Notes under the pieces: generated by a model
Databases searched by the model: none
Seen by the model: only the letters and a program-made list of their open reading frames with translations
What the model was told of the DNA's origin: nothing
Shown here: piece by piece, positions 10,642 to 18,714 of the stretch
How positions within the stretch are numbered: position 1 is the first letter of the stretch
Layout of the letters: each line of letters begins with the position of its first letter
Assembly (NCBI GenBank): GCA_963828125.1
Contig: CAWHDP010000002.1
Location: 1,024,001-1,088,000 of the forward strand
Source of the DNA: an uncultured Chlamydiae bacterium
Lineage (GTDB): Bacteria; Chlamydiota; Chlamydiia; Chlamydiales; SM23-39
Direction: 5' to 3'
Length of the DNA: 64,000 bases
Made by a program: the position numbers and the translations under genes

Positions 10642-10760
10642 TTCGGAATAAAATAGACGAAAAACAATTTTTAAAACAGAAATTTTTGAGTCGCATCCAG
10701 CGTATAAAATTTTCTTGCAAAAATTCGTACGCCTTCAATACTCTTGCTTAAGAGGTTGCC

Positions 10761-11060
10761 GTGAGCAAAGAAAAGCAAGAATCAGCTCGGCTTAAGGGTT
10801 TGATCTGCGACTCCCTGTTGGGGAGTCTCAGAAAATTAAAAAAAAGTGGAGGATCCTTGAATCGGACTGTCGACGCAAATAGCCTTTTACAGGAAGAACT
10901 GCAGATATCCTCCCTTGAAATGATCTCTCTGATTACGGATCTGTGTGATACCTTCAGCATCGATATCACTAGAATTTCCGATGTAGATCTCATCAAAATG
11001 AGCCACGTTGCCGATATTGCCGATATTTTAGCTCTAAAAAAAATAGAGTCTTCTTTATGA
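10761..11060 (+). CDS. Stand-alone acyl/peptidyl carrier protein
   Basis: 99 aa, LQEELQISSLEMISL phosphopantetheine-site-like motif, VADIADIL C-terminal helix. Confidence 0.7.
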   Translation: MSKEKQESARLKGLICDSLLGSLRKLKKSGGSLNRTVDANSLLQEELQISSLEMISLITDLCDTFSIDITRISDVDLIKMSHVADIADILALKKIESSL

Positions 11061-11812
11061 ATCGGATCTTTTCTCATTTTTTGAATCATCCCCCTACTAG
11101 AGCCTTTCACATTGGAGTACCCATGAATCATATACAAGAAGCTCAGCCAATGATCCCCTCGCAAATATGTGCATTGAAACAGCAATTTTCTCAGGAGAAT
11201 TTTTTTGATTACGACATTGTGCTCAAAAATAGCTTAGTCCGCCTCAGGCCCATCACTCCCACAGATCAAGAACATTTAACTCAACTAGCCCTTAAAGAGG
11301 ACATCTGGGCCTATTTCGCGCTGAAAATGTCTGACTCTCAAAGCATTAAAAATTATCTAAAAGAAGCTTTAGAACAACGGGAATCGAAATTAAGGTATAC
11401 ATTTGTCATCGAACATCCGGTGACAAAACAACACATGGGTTCAACAGCTTTTGGTAATTTTTCCAAAAAAGATAGCCGGATTGAATTCGGTTGGAGTTGG
11501 CTTGGGAAAGAATTTCAAGGAACCGGCGTCAATTCTCAAGTGAAATTTCTACTCCTTGCCTTTGGTTTCGATATTCTCGATTTGGAAAGAGTTGAGGCCA
11601 AAACAGATGTATTGAACAAAAGAGCCAGAGGAGCGCTGATTAAAGTGGGGATGACTCAAGAGGGGGTCTTGCGCAGCCATACCTTAATGCCAGATGGTAG
11701 AAGGCGCGATACGATTTACTACAGCATGCTGAAAGGGGAGTGGCCTCTAAGGAGAGATGAAGTATTTAGCGGATGCGATTTCAATCTCTCTCTGAAACCA
11801 AAGATCGGCTGA
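11057..11812 (+). CDS. GNAT N-acyltransferase (RimJ/RimL type)
   Basis: RIEFGWSWLGKEFQGTGVN, NKRARGALIKVG, EGVLRSH, RDTIYYSML. Confidence 0.85.
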   Translation: MNRIFSHFLNHPPTRAFHIGVPMNHIQEAQPMIPSQICALKQQFSQENFFDYDIVLKNSLVRLRPITPTDQEHLTQLALKEDIWAYFALKMSDSQSIKNYLKEALEQRESKLRYTFVIEHPVTKQHMGSTAFGNFSKKDSRIEFGWSWLGKEFQGTGVNSQVKFLLLAFGFDILDLERVEAKTDVLNKRARGALIKVGMTQEGVLRSHTLMPDGRRRDTIYYSMLKGEWPLRRDEVFSGCDFNLSLKPKIG

Positions 11813-11824
11813 ATGCTGTATTTA

Positions 11825-12895
11825 TTATTGGACGACCCCTAAAGAGAAATTTTGGGTTGGATTTTTACAGGGATGTCCTACACGGATGGAAATTGTCTGA
11901 TTGTGCAAGTCTAAAATAACAGCTGCCACAGTATCTTCTCTCCGCGCATTCCCCTCAGAATGGGCGCAGAGACCTACCGGGTACAAAGAATGATCCGAAA
12001 ATATCTCAAATAGTCTTTCTGGATCTGTTTCCCAATTTTGGGCAGACACGAGTTCTCTAAGCCGTTCCAAGCGTAGTTTGGATGCGTTCCGGCTAAATAT
12101 GTTCATGCTGTCTAAATTTATAAAATCAGCATGCAAAAAATGATTTGTCCTCACTAGCTTGGATCCCCTAGTGACTCGCAAATTATCGGAGGTCATTTCA
12201 ACGATCGCTAAATGAGATCTATCGCAGATCGTGAAACTCCTCGAGGAGCTTCGCCGTATTTGACGAAGAGCCTGCAAACATTCTTCTAATGAGCGCAACT
12301 GGAGAAGGTGTCGTATGAGAAGATAGGGGGAGACGCCAGGCTTCCAATCATCAGAAGAGACAAAATTAATGCCGATGCCCAATCCAGCGCTGTTCATGCC
12401 CAGAAATCCCAGCAATCCGGAGAAACTAAACATCAAGATCTCTGGAATATTCTGATCGGATGAGCAAATCCGAAAGATCCTTCCTAAAGCGGCCATGACA
12501 GGGTTTTGATCCACTGTCTGAGCTATGACAGCCTCTTGCTGTTCAAGTTTAGCGATCAAGCTACATTCGCCGGAGGCCAAGCTGGATTTTCCGACGATTT
12601 CCCTCCGCATCTGCAATAAAATAGCCTCGTCGTAAGAGATGCCCGCCCCATCAGCCAGCCCCCTGAGTTCTTTGGCCAGCAAGGGGACGTCCTGCTCAAT
12701 GATCCATTTATGTTCTTGCACCCTATCAAGAATCTTTTCCCACGGGAGTTTTTTCGTTCGATTTGCATTGATATGGGAAAAATCATCCGCTAAAAAGGAT
12801 CGGATAACGGATCCCTCGGACAAACCGTGACAGTAGCCAATCGAATAAGGATCCCCGGACAGGGAAATCGGTTTGAGTTGAGTCACGTGGGACAC
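11825..12895 (-). CDS. C45 family Ntn-hydrolase/acyltransferase (isopenicillin-N acyltransferase-like)
   Basis: ELRGLADGAG, GECS autoproteolytic Cys, AQTVD, GMNSAGLGIGIN, RTNHFL, GHPC. Confidence 0.85.
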   Translation of the reverse strand: MSHVTQLKPISLSGDPYSIGYCHGLSEGSVIRSFLADDFSHINANRTKKLPWEKILDRVQEHKWIIEQDVPLLAKELRGLADGAGISYDEAILLQMRREIVGKSSLASGECSLIAKLEQQEAVIAQTVDQNPVMAALGRIFRICSSDQNIPEILMFSFSGLLGFLGMNSAGLGIGINFVSSDDWKPGVSPYLLIRHLLQLRSLEECLQALRQIRRSSSRSFTICDRSHLAIVEMTSDNLRVTRGSKLVRTNHFLHADFINLDSMNIFSRNASKLRLERLRELVSAQNWETDPERLFEIFSDHSLYPVGLCAHSEGNARREDTVAAVILDLHNQTISIRVGHPCKNPTQNFSLGVVQ

Positions 12896-14898
12896 GGCAT
12901 ATAAGCTCCCCGCTTGAGGATGGCTAGCTCCCCCAGATCGACTTGAGCATTAGCGATGGCAAAAGGGGGGATTTGCGGCCAAGAAATCCCATTTCGAGCT
13001 GCTGGGTGGCCCAATTGTCTCCAAAGGTGAGTCGCAAACTCCGGCATAAGAGGATATGTCAAAACAGCAAGCACGCCGGCAGCTGTTAGTTCGAGAGCCA
13101 TAGAGGTCCGAAATTCAGGATTTGAGTGAAGGGATAAAGGCCAATCTTTCTCTGCTTCAGAAAAGCAGATACACTCATCCACAAAACGGCTAATCAATCT
13201 GCAGGCTCTTTGCAGAGAAAAAGAGGGCACTTCGTAAGAACTGGCCACACCCTGTAAGTAAAATTCCATGCTTCCAAAAAAAACCTTATGCTCGTGGGTC
13301 CAGAGACCCGCTTCAGGCACTTTCCCGCTAAAATACTCCTTGATCTTGGCGTCGACCCCCAAAAGCCAGCGCCCCCAGCGCCCGAATTCCTGCTCTATAA
13401 ATTCATGAAAAGCCTCTATTGTAAAGTTGGTTCTACCTGCCTCAGGCCTTGTATAGGCTAAGTAAAACCGGATTTCATCTGGAGAGGCTTCTTTTAATAA
13501 ATCTCGTCCCCAAATGAGATGCCCTCGACTCGTCGAGAACTTAGATCCCTCCAACGAGTAAAACTCATTACACACATAGTCAATCTGCAATGGTTGATTG
13601 GGGAAAGCGGCAAGGTAGATAGCAGGGAATAATACAGTATAATAAAACGAATTATCAAAACCAAAAAAATGAACAATTTTCCCCTGATTTGGCAATCCAA
13701 AGTTATTTACACTCAACCCTTTTCTTCGTTCTAATTCTCTGATGGAAAATAAAAAAGCAAACGACATCTCGAACCAGGCTGAAATTTTGTGATCGGCGAA
13801 TGATTCGAGGGGCACGGCAACTCCCCAACGGCTCGGATAAGTGATAGGGAAATCGGGCAATTGATCTGTATTGAATTGATCGAATAAAACACGCAGTCGA
13901 GACCGAAGCGTCGCATGATCGTGATGGTTTTTAATCAAATTCGCGAACTGTCTCAAAGGGAAAAAAAGTCTTTGAATCTCTTTGATCACGGGCCTTGTCT
14001 TGGAACGGCTTGATACAGCACCCACTACATCCAAACAATAGTGGGGATGGCCACACTCTTCGCATAAATTTCCGGTACACGGACTCTCACAGCGAGGGCA
14101 ATAGCCTTTGATTTTCCCTTCCTGTAAAAATTCATGACTCTCGGACTCAAAAAATTCAGCTGTCGATTTCTGGATGAATGCCCCCGTTTGATAGAGCTGA
14201 TTGAAAAACCTCGCCAACCCATCTCGATATTCTTCTGAGTGCAGAGGCCTTAAATACACATCGAGCTGGATATTCATCGCGTCCAAGGTCTGTCGAATTT
14301 CCTCAGAAAAATAATCGGCGACCTGTTTTGGAGAGAGTCCTATTTGTTCGCTCTTATCTAAAACCCCTGTTTGGAAATCATCTGACCAGGAAATATTGTA
14401 CGCCTCTTTCCCTCGCATTTTTGAATACCGTACGCAAACATCTCCTCCCAAAAAAGGACCCGATAAATGTCCGAGATGTAAATCGCCATTGGGAGTAGGG
14501 GGTCCTGATGTGATGTAAATCGGCCCATCTGATTGTTTTGTTTCCTCTTTTGCAGCATGGAAAGCCCTTTGGTAGTCTCGCCAGTAGATACTGAGGAATG
14601 ACAGGGTCTCACCCCCTCTATTCAACAAACTATGACTTTCGAAGGGATCAAAATGGATTAAATCTCCTGCTTTTACCTTTTGAGTCCTCCCTTCGCTATC
14701 TATACTTCCCTCCCCTTTGACAATGAAAAAAGATTCAGATTCATCATGCCTATGCTCTTGAGTCCTTTGATTGGAAGCGACAGAGATATGGACGATATGA
14801 AAAGGAGCTCTAGAAGATCCGTTCTCAGGGAATAGATCAACCATTTGAATATCTTGCAAGCTACCCCGCTGTTCAAAAAGAGAAATCACTTCCATCAT
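12883..14898 (-). CDS. Cupin / methionyl-tRNA-synthetase-like fusion (putative hydrazine synthetase)
   Basis: N-terminal cupin EHRHDESESFFIVKGEG...FESHSL; MetRS-like PPTPNGDLHLGH, Zn knuckle CPRC..CEECG, GFDN, KFSTS; no C-terminal tRNA-binding domain. Confidence 0.88.
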   Translation of the reverse strand: MMEVISLFEQRGSLQDIQMVDLFPENGSSRAPFHIVHISVASNQRTQEHRHDESESFFIVKGEGSIDSEGRTQKVKAGDLIHFDPFESHSLLNRGGETLSFLSIYWRDYQRAFHAAKEETKQSDGPIYITSGPPTPNGDLHLGHLSGPFLGGDVCVRYSKMRGKEAYNISWSDDFQTGVLDKSEQIGLSPKQVADYFSEEIRQTLDAMNIQLDVYLRPLHSEEYRDGLARFFNQLYQTGAFIQKSTAEFFESESHEFLQEGKIKGYCPRCESPCTGNLCEECGHPHYCLDVVGAVSSRSKTRPVIKEIQRLFFPLRQFANLIKNHHDHATLRSRLRVLFDQFNTDQLPDFPITYPSRWGVAVPLESFADHKISAWFEMSFAFLFSIRELERRKGLSVNNFGLPNQGKIVHFFGFDNSFYYTVLFPAIYLAAFPNQPLQIDYVCNEFYSLEGSKFSTSRGHLIWGRDLLKEASPDEIRFYLAYTRPEAGRTNFTIEAFHEFIEQEFGRWGRWLLGVDAKIKEYFSGKVPEAGLWTHEHKVFFGSMEFYLQGVASSYEVPSFSLQRACRLISRFVDECICFSEAEKDWPLSLHSNPEFRTSMALELTAAGVLAVLTYPLMPEFATHLWRQLGHPAARNGISWPQIPPFAIANAQVDLGELAILKRGAYMPCPT

Positions 14899-15688
14899 CT
14901 ACCCTCATGTTCTTGCCATATAGTATACAGACTGAAGTATCAGATAACGGCGCATAGGTCTGTACATCTAGTGTAAATCCATTTTTTTCTAAAATATCGA
15001 CAAACATTGTGCTGCTCTGTTTATTTTCTATTTCGATCACCACTTGTCTGATTTTTTTCCAGTGACTTGATTCTATACCTTGAATCACATCCCATTCACT
15101 TCGTTCGACATCCACCTTTAATAGATCTATTCTCGGAAGCTGGTACTGATGAATGATCTGGGAGAGGGTCACTGAGGGGCAAAGAAGGGTCGTTTTTCCC
15201 AATTTCGAGTCGATTAATTGATCTAACAGGTGGGAGCTGAAAGAAAGTCCGGTCTCTTGCTGCTGGTAAAGAGCTGTGGCTTTCAAAAACGTTCGATCTT
15301 TAGCAGCATTGGGATAACAACCCGATTGGAGAGAAGACTTTGGGTAATGGGTAAAGCGCCTGGTACCTATTGAGTTAGATACGGCGACATTGAATAACTC
15401 CATATTCCAACCGAAAAAATGGGAATTGATTCTGAGAATTTCGAAAACTTCTGGGATCGGTTCAAAGGCGAAGACTTTGGCTCCCTGGCAATGGAGAAAC
15501 ACGAAAAGGGAGAACATTCCTATATTGGCGCCTACATCGAATACAATTGGATCTTTGTCTAGAATCAAGCCATATCGCAGGTAAAGGCGATCTTCAAATA
15601 TCTCTCTAAAGAGAAAATCTGTCTCATTTTTATTTATATGAGCAAACTCGATCCCATTGGGAAGCAAGCATTTTTCTAAAAGAGACAT
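14873..15688 (-). CDS. FkbM family methyltransferase
   Basis: VFDVGANIGMFS, AFEPIP, IDLLKVDVERSE. Confidence 0.9.
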   Translation of the reverse strand: MSLLEKCLLPNGIEFAHINKNETDFLFREIFEDRLYLRYGLILDKDPIVFDVGANIGMFSLFVFLHCQGAKVFAFEPIPEVFEILRINSHFFGWNMELFNVAVSNSIGTRRFTHYPKSSLQSGCYPNAAKDRTFLKATALYQQQETGLSFSSHLLDQLIDSKLGKTTLLCPSVTLSQIIHQYQLPRIDLLKVDVERSEWDVIQGIESSHWKKIRQVVIEIENKQSSTMFVDILEKNGFTLDVQTYAPLSDTSVCILYGKNMRVDDGSDFSF

Positions 15689-15695
15689 AGATCAC

Positions 15696-16580
15696 CTAGA
15701 AAGGGGCTCTGATTCCGGCCACAATTATATTTGGCATAAAGCTAATGATTGCGCCTTCATTCTTAGCCTCTTCCTTCAATTTCTGAACCAAAAGATCGAT
15801 TGTTTCTCGGGTCGACAAACCATGCTCTAGGAGGAATTTCTCACACTCCAAAGTGCCTCTAGCCATTTGCAATTTTTCATATTCGGTTTTTAACAACGGA
15901 TGAAAATATTCGTAATCAAGTATACGGAGACCCACATCAAGATAGAAAGGCAGCAATCTCTTTCCGAAGTCAGGATCTTTGCCATAGTGCGCATATATTT
16001 TGAGGGCTAACGCGAGCCATTCATCGACTACTTGGCTTTCTGGATAGCTGAAAATATGGCTGGCAATCAGATCTTGAATGACGACAACCCCAGAACCTGG
16101 TTTTAGTAGGGTTTGAATGGTATTTAAAACCGATCTATGATCGATTAAGTGAATAAATACAAAACGGGAAAAAACAAAATCCAACTGGTTTTCTAAATCG
16201 AGGGAATCGAGATCGTATGCAGAAACAACCTGAAAATCTATATTATCAATTCCCTCTTTAGCGGCCATTGCCTTTGCCAATCGGATCTGTTCTCCGCTAC
16301 TGTCAACTGCGATCACTCGTCCGTTTGGTTGAACCTCTTTGGCAAGCCAAACGCTCATTTGCCCAGCTCCGCAACCGAGTTCCAACACGGTCATTCCAGC
16401 CTTTAGGCCCATTTTTTTTAAAAAAGTTTGGCTGGAATCGTTCGTAAGGCTATTCAGAACATCGAGTCTCTCCTCACCTTTTTCACCGATCTCCAAAAAA
16501 TATCCCTTATCCTGCATAGCCGCTCCTTGATGGTATGAGGTCAATAACAACAAAAAGAATAAAAATTTTCTTAAGCGCAT
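15696..16580 (-). CDS. Class I SAM-dependent methyltransferase
   Basis: VLELGCGAG, VIAVDSS, DFVFSRFVFIHL, LLKPGSG. Confidence 0.85.
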   Translation of the reverse strand: MRLRKFLFFLLLLTSYHQGAAMQDKGYFLEIGEKGEERLDVLNSLTNDSSQTFLKKMGLKAGMTVLELGCGAGQMSVWLAKEVQPNGRVIAVDSSGEQIRLAKAMAAKEGIDNIDFQVVSAYDLDSLDLENQLDFVFSRFVFIHLIDHRSVLNTIQTLLKPGSGVVVIQDLIASHIFSYPESQVVDEWLALALKIYAHYGKDPDFGKRLLPFYLDVGLRILDYEYFHPLLKTEYEKLQMARGTLECEKFLLEHGLSTRETIDLLVQKLKEEAKNEGAIISFMPNIIVAGIRAPF

Positions 16581-16693
16581 TTTCAGACTACCTGATGCCG
16601 AGGGAGACTATCACAAGTACTATTTTCTTGAAAAGAAAAGCTATTATTTGACGTTTTTCAACCTGGAAAACTTTCCCCATTTCAAAGACCAAA

Positions 16694-16746
16694 CCCTGAA
16701 GAACGGCTGACAGATCCAACATTCAATCCGATAAAGGTGAAGGACG
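16694..16746 (+). repeat. 53-bp intergenic copy of a segment of the downstream ankyrin/J-domain gene (18430-18482)
   Basis: ccctgaagaacggctgacagatcca... matches 18430-18482 at 49/53. Confidence 0.8.
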
Positions 16747-16918
16747 AAAAGCGCCCGAAAGATCCCCAGATTTTTTGCCCCACATTGCGGATGGGCTCAT
16801 ATGCCGCCACCGGCCAAGACAACCAAAATTTTTGATACTACCAAACATTATTTAATGCGAATCGAAATATAAACAATTGAAATTAACACCCAGCAATTGT
16901 ATAATCTGAGCGGATATT

Positions 16919-18691
16919 ATGGGAACAATCACTGTAGTTTCAAAGCCAACAGAGAAGATTTTACCTACCCTGACCCCAAAACGGGGAGAAGGGACAGGTT
17001 CCCGCTCGTGTATTGTCCAATTAGTAATAAATATTTTCACACAATTAAAGCGTTTTTTCCTCTGTATTACCACAAGAGTAACCGGCTTATGCGCTAAAAA
17101 AGTAAAAGTCCTACCCGCCCCCAGTCCCAAAACCTCACCGTGTCGAGAAACGGCTCCTCTGACGCCTCCAGTCAACCGAAACATTTTACAAAGGGCCTTT
17201 TCCTCCATTAGAAGCTATCTGTTTTCTGCCGATCCTAGTCAAAAAAGCCTGGAAGATGCGATCGCTAAAGGAGATCTTGAATCATTCAGTAACGCCCCTG
17301 CTGCTTGTAACATCAATGAAAAACTCCCCAATGGAGAACTTCCCCTCCATTTCGCAGTCAGGCTTGGGAAAGAGGAAGTCGTTCGTGCATTGCTGGAAAA
17401 AGGGGCCAATCCAGCGGCTCAAGATTATCAAGCGCTCTCTGCGTTTGACCACGCTTGTTTACAAAACAATCCAGCTATTCTAGCTCTCTTAATCGGAAAT
17501 CGAAAAGATGGGCTATCCAGCGCAGTTCCGATTGATTCAAGGACACGTGGAAACGCTGCCCTTCAAACGATACGGACTCAAATGGAGCAGGCGCTTCAAG
17601 AAATAAGAGCTTGTGATAATCCTTTAGCTTCCGCCATTGCTTCGGGGGATCTGCAAACGGTAAAAAAGCTGTGGATCGACGGTTCCACTACCACTCCTTT
17701 GCCTAGCAAGACGCTTGCCCTTCTCCATCTGGCCGCCTTGAGCCCTTCGGCAGAAGTTTTTCAATTTTTGTTAGAAAAAGGGCTTGACCCCACATCGGAG
17801 GATGGATACAAGAGAACCCCGCTCCACTACGCTATCTCGAATCGAAATCCGAAAATATTTGAAACCATTTTCAAAAAAGCGACCCCCGATATGATGTTCT
17901 CTCGAGACAGAGAGAACATACGCCCTATCGATTTACTGATGGCTCGCGCCAAAGACGTCGATCCTTTAAAAATACCTGTAGGATTAGAATGCGCTTTATT
18001 TATTCCCATAGCCCAAATCATGCAGGCGTCGATATTCCCCGAACTCTCTATCTTGGAGTTAGCGCTATCTCTTTACCGAATGACTTACTTTTTCAAAGAG
18101 TTTTCTGGAGAATGGAAACCACTGGCCGCTTGGTTCGGACAGTGTTTTGTGGGGCCGCTCCCCTTCATTGGCCTTCCCTTTAGAATTTTCGAGATAGCTT
18201 GTATCACAAAGAGTTCTTTGCAAGGGTTGCGATCGAGCTGGAACAACCTTTCCTATCGTCCGAAACAAGCAGTAGTGCGGGGCCTCTTGGCTGGGTTCAC
18301 TGGTTGGGTTTTTTGGAAAGATTTCTTATCCTATTTGAAATTCACTCGCGCTTTCTATGAATACTGCCGGGATGATCTGCCTTCATCCACTTTCACACCG
18401 GAACAGTTTCCCGACGCCAAACGCCTAACCCCTGAAGAACGGCTGACAGATCCAGCATTCAATCCGGCAAAGGTGAAAGACGCCCTTTTTATGATCTGTC
18501 CCGACTGCTCTGCAAAAGACCTCTACAGCGAGGATCGCTCTTTCTATGTTAAGCCCTACCGAAAGCTCCAACAGCAGTTCCACCCGGATCGGTTCAAAGG
18601 CAACCCGGAGATCTCCCAGCGTTTGAATGTGGCCAAAGATACTCTCGATCAGTATACAGAGAGGAAGCCCTCAAGCTCAAGTGGGGATTAG
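16919..18691 (+). CDS. Ankyrin-repeat protein with hydrophobic segments and C-terminal DnaJ-like domain
   Basis: GELPLHFAVRLG..LLEKGA, RTPLHYAI ankyrin repeats; YRKLQQQFHPDR...QRLNVAKDTL J-domain helix-HPD. Confidence 0.8.
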   Translation: MGTITVVSKPTEKILPTLTPKRGEGTGSRSCIVQLVINIFTQLKRFFLCITTRVTGLCAKKVKVLPAPSPKTSPCRETAPLTPPVNRNILQRAFSSIRSYLFSADPSQKSLEDAIAKGDLESFSNAPAACNINEKLPNGELPLHFAVRLGKEEVVRALLEKGANPAAQDYQALSAFDHACLQNNPAILALLIGNRKDGLSSAVPIDSRTRGNAALQTIRTQMEQALQEIRACDNPLASAIASGDLQTVKKLWIDGSTTTPLPSKTLALLHLAALSPSAEVFQFLLEKGLDPTSEDGYKRTPLHYAISNRNPKIFETIFKKATPDMMFSRDRENIRPIDLLMARAKDVDPLKIPVGLECALFIPIAQIMQASIFPELSILELALSLYRMTYFFKEFSGEWKPLAAWFGQCFVGPLPFIGLPFRIFEIACITKSSLQGLRSSWNNLSYRPKQAVVRGLLAGFTGWVFWKDFLSYLKFTRAFYEYCRDDLPSSTFTPEQFPDAKRLTPEERLTDPAFNPAKVKDALFMICPDCSAKDLYSEDRSFYVKPYRKLQQQFHPDRFKGNPEISQRLNVAKDTLDQYTERKPSSSSGD

Positions 18692-18714
18692 CTTTTGGGA
18701 CGCAGCAACGATAA

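Noticed and set aside
1970..12895. Penicillin/cephalosporin cluster
   Set aside because: Only two modules, no epimerase, Gly-like code and no IPNS visible
12883..14898. Housekeeping metG
   Set aside because: Cupin fusion, altered substrate motifs, no tRNA-binding domain and biosynthetic context
16694..18482. Diversity-generating retroelement TR/VR pair
   Set aside because: Only 53 bp, mismatches not confined to adenines, no reverse transcriptase
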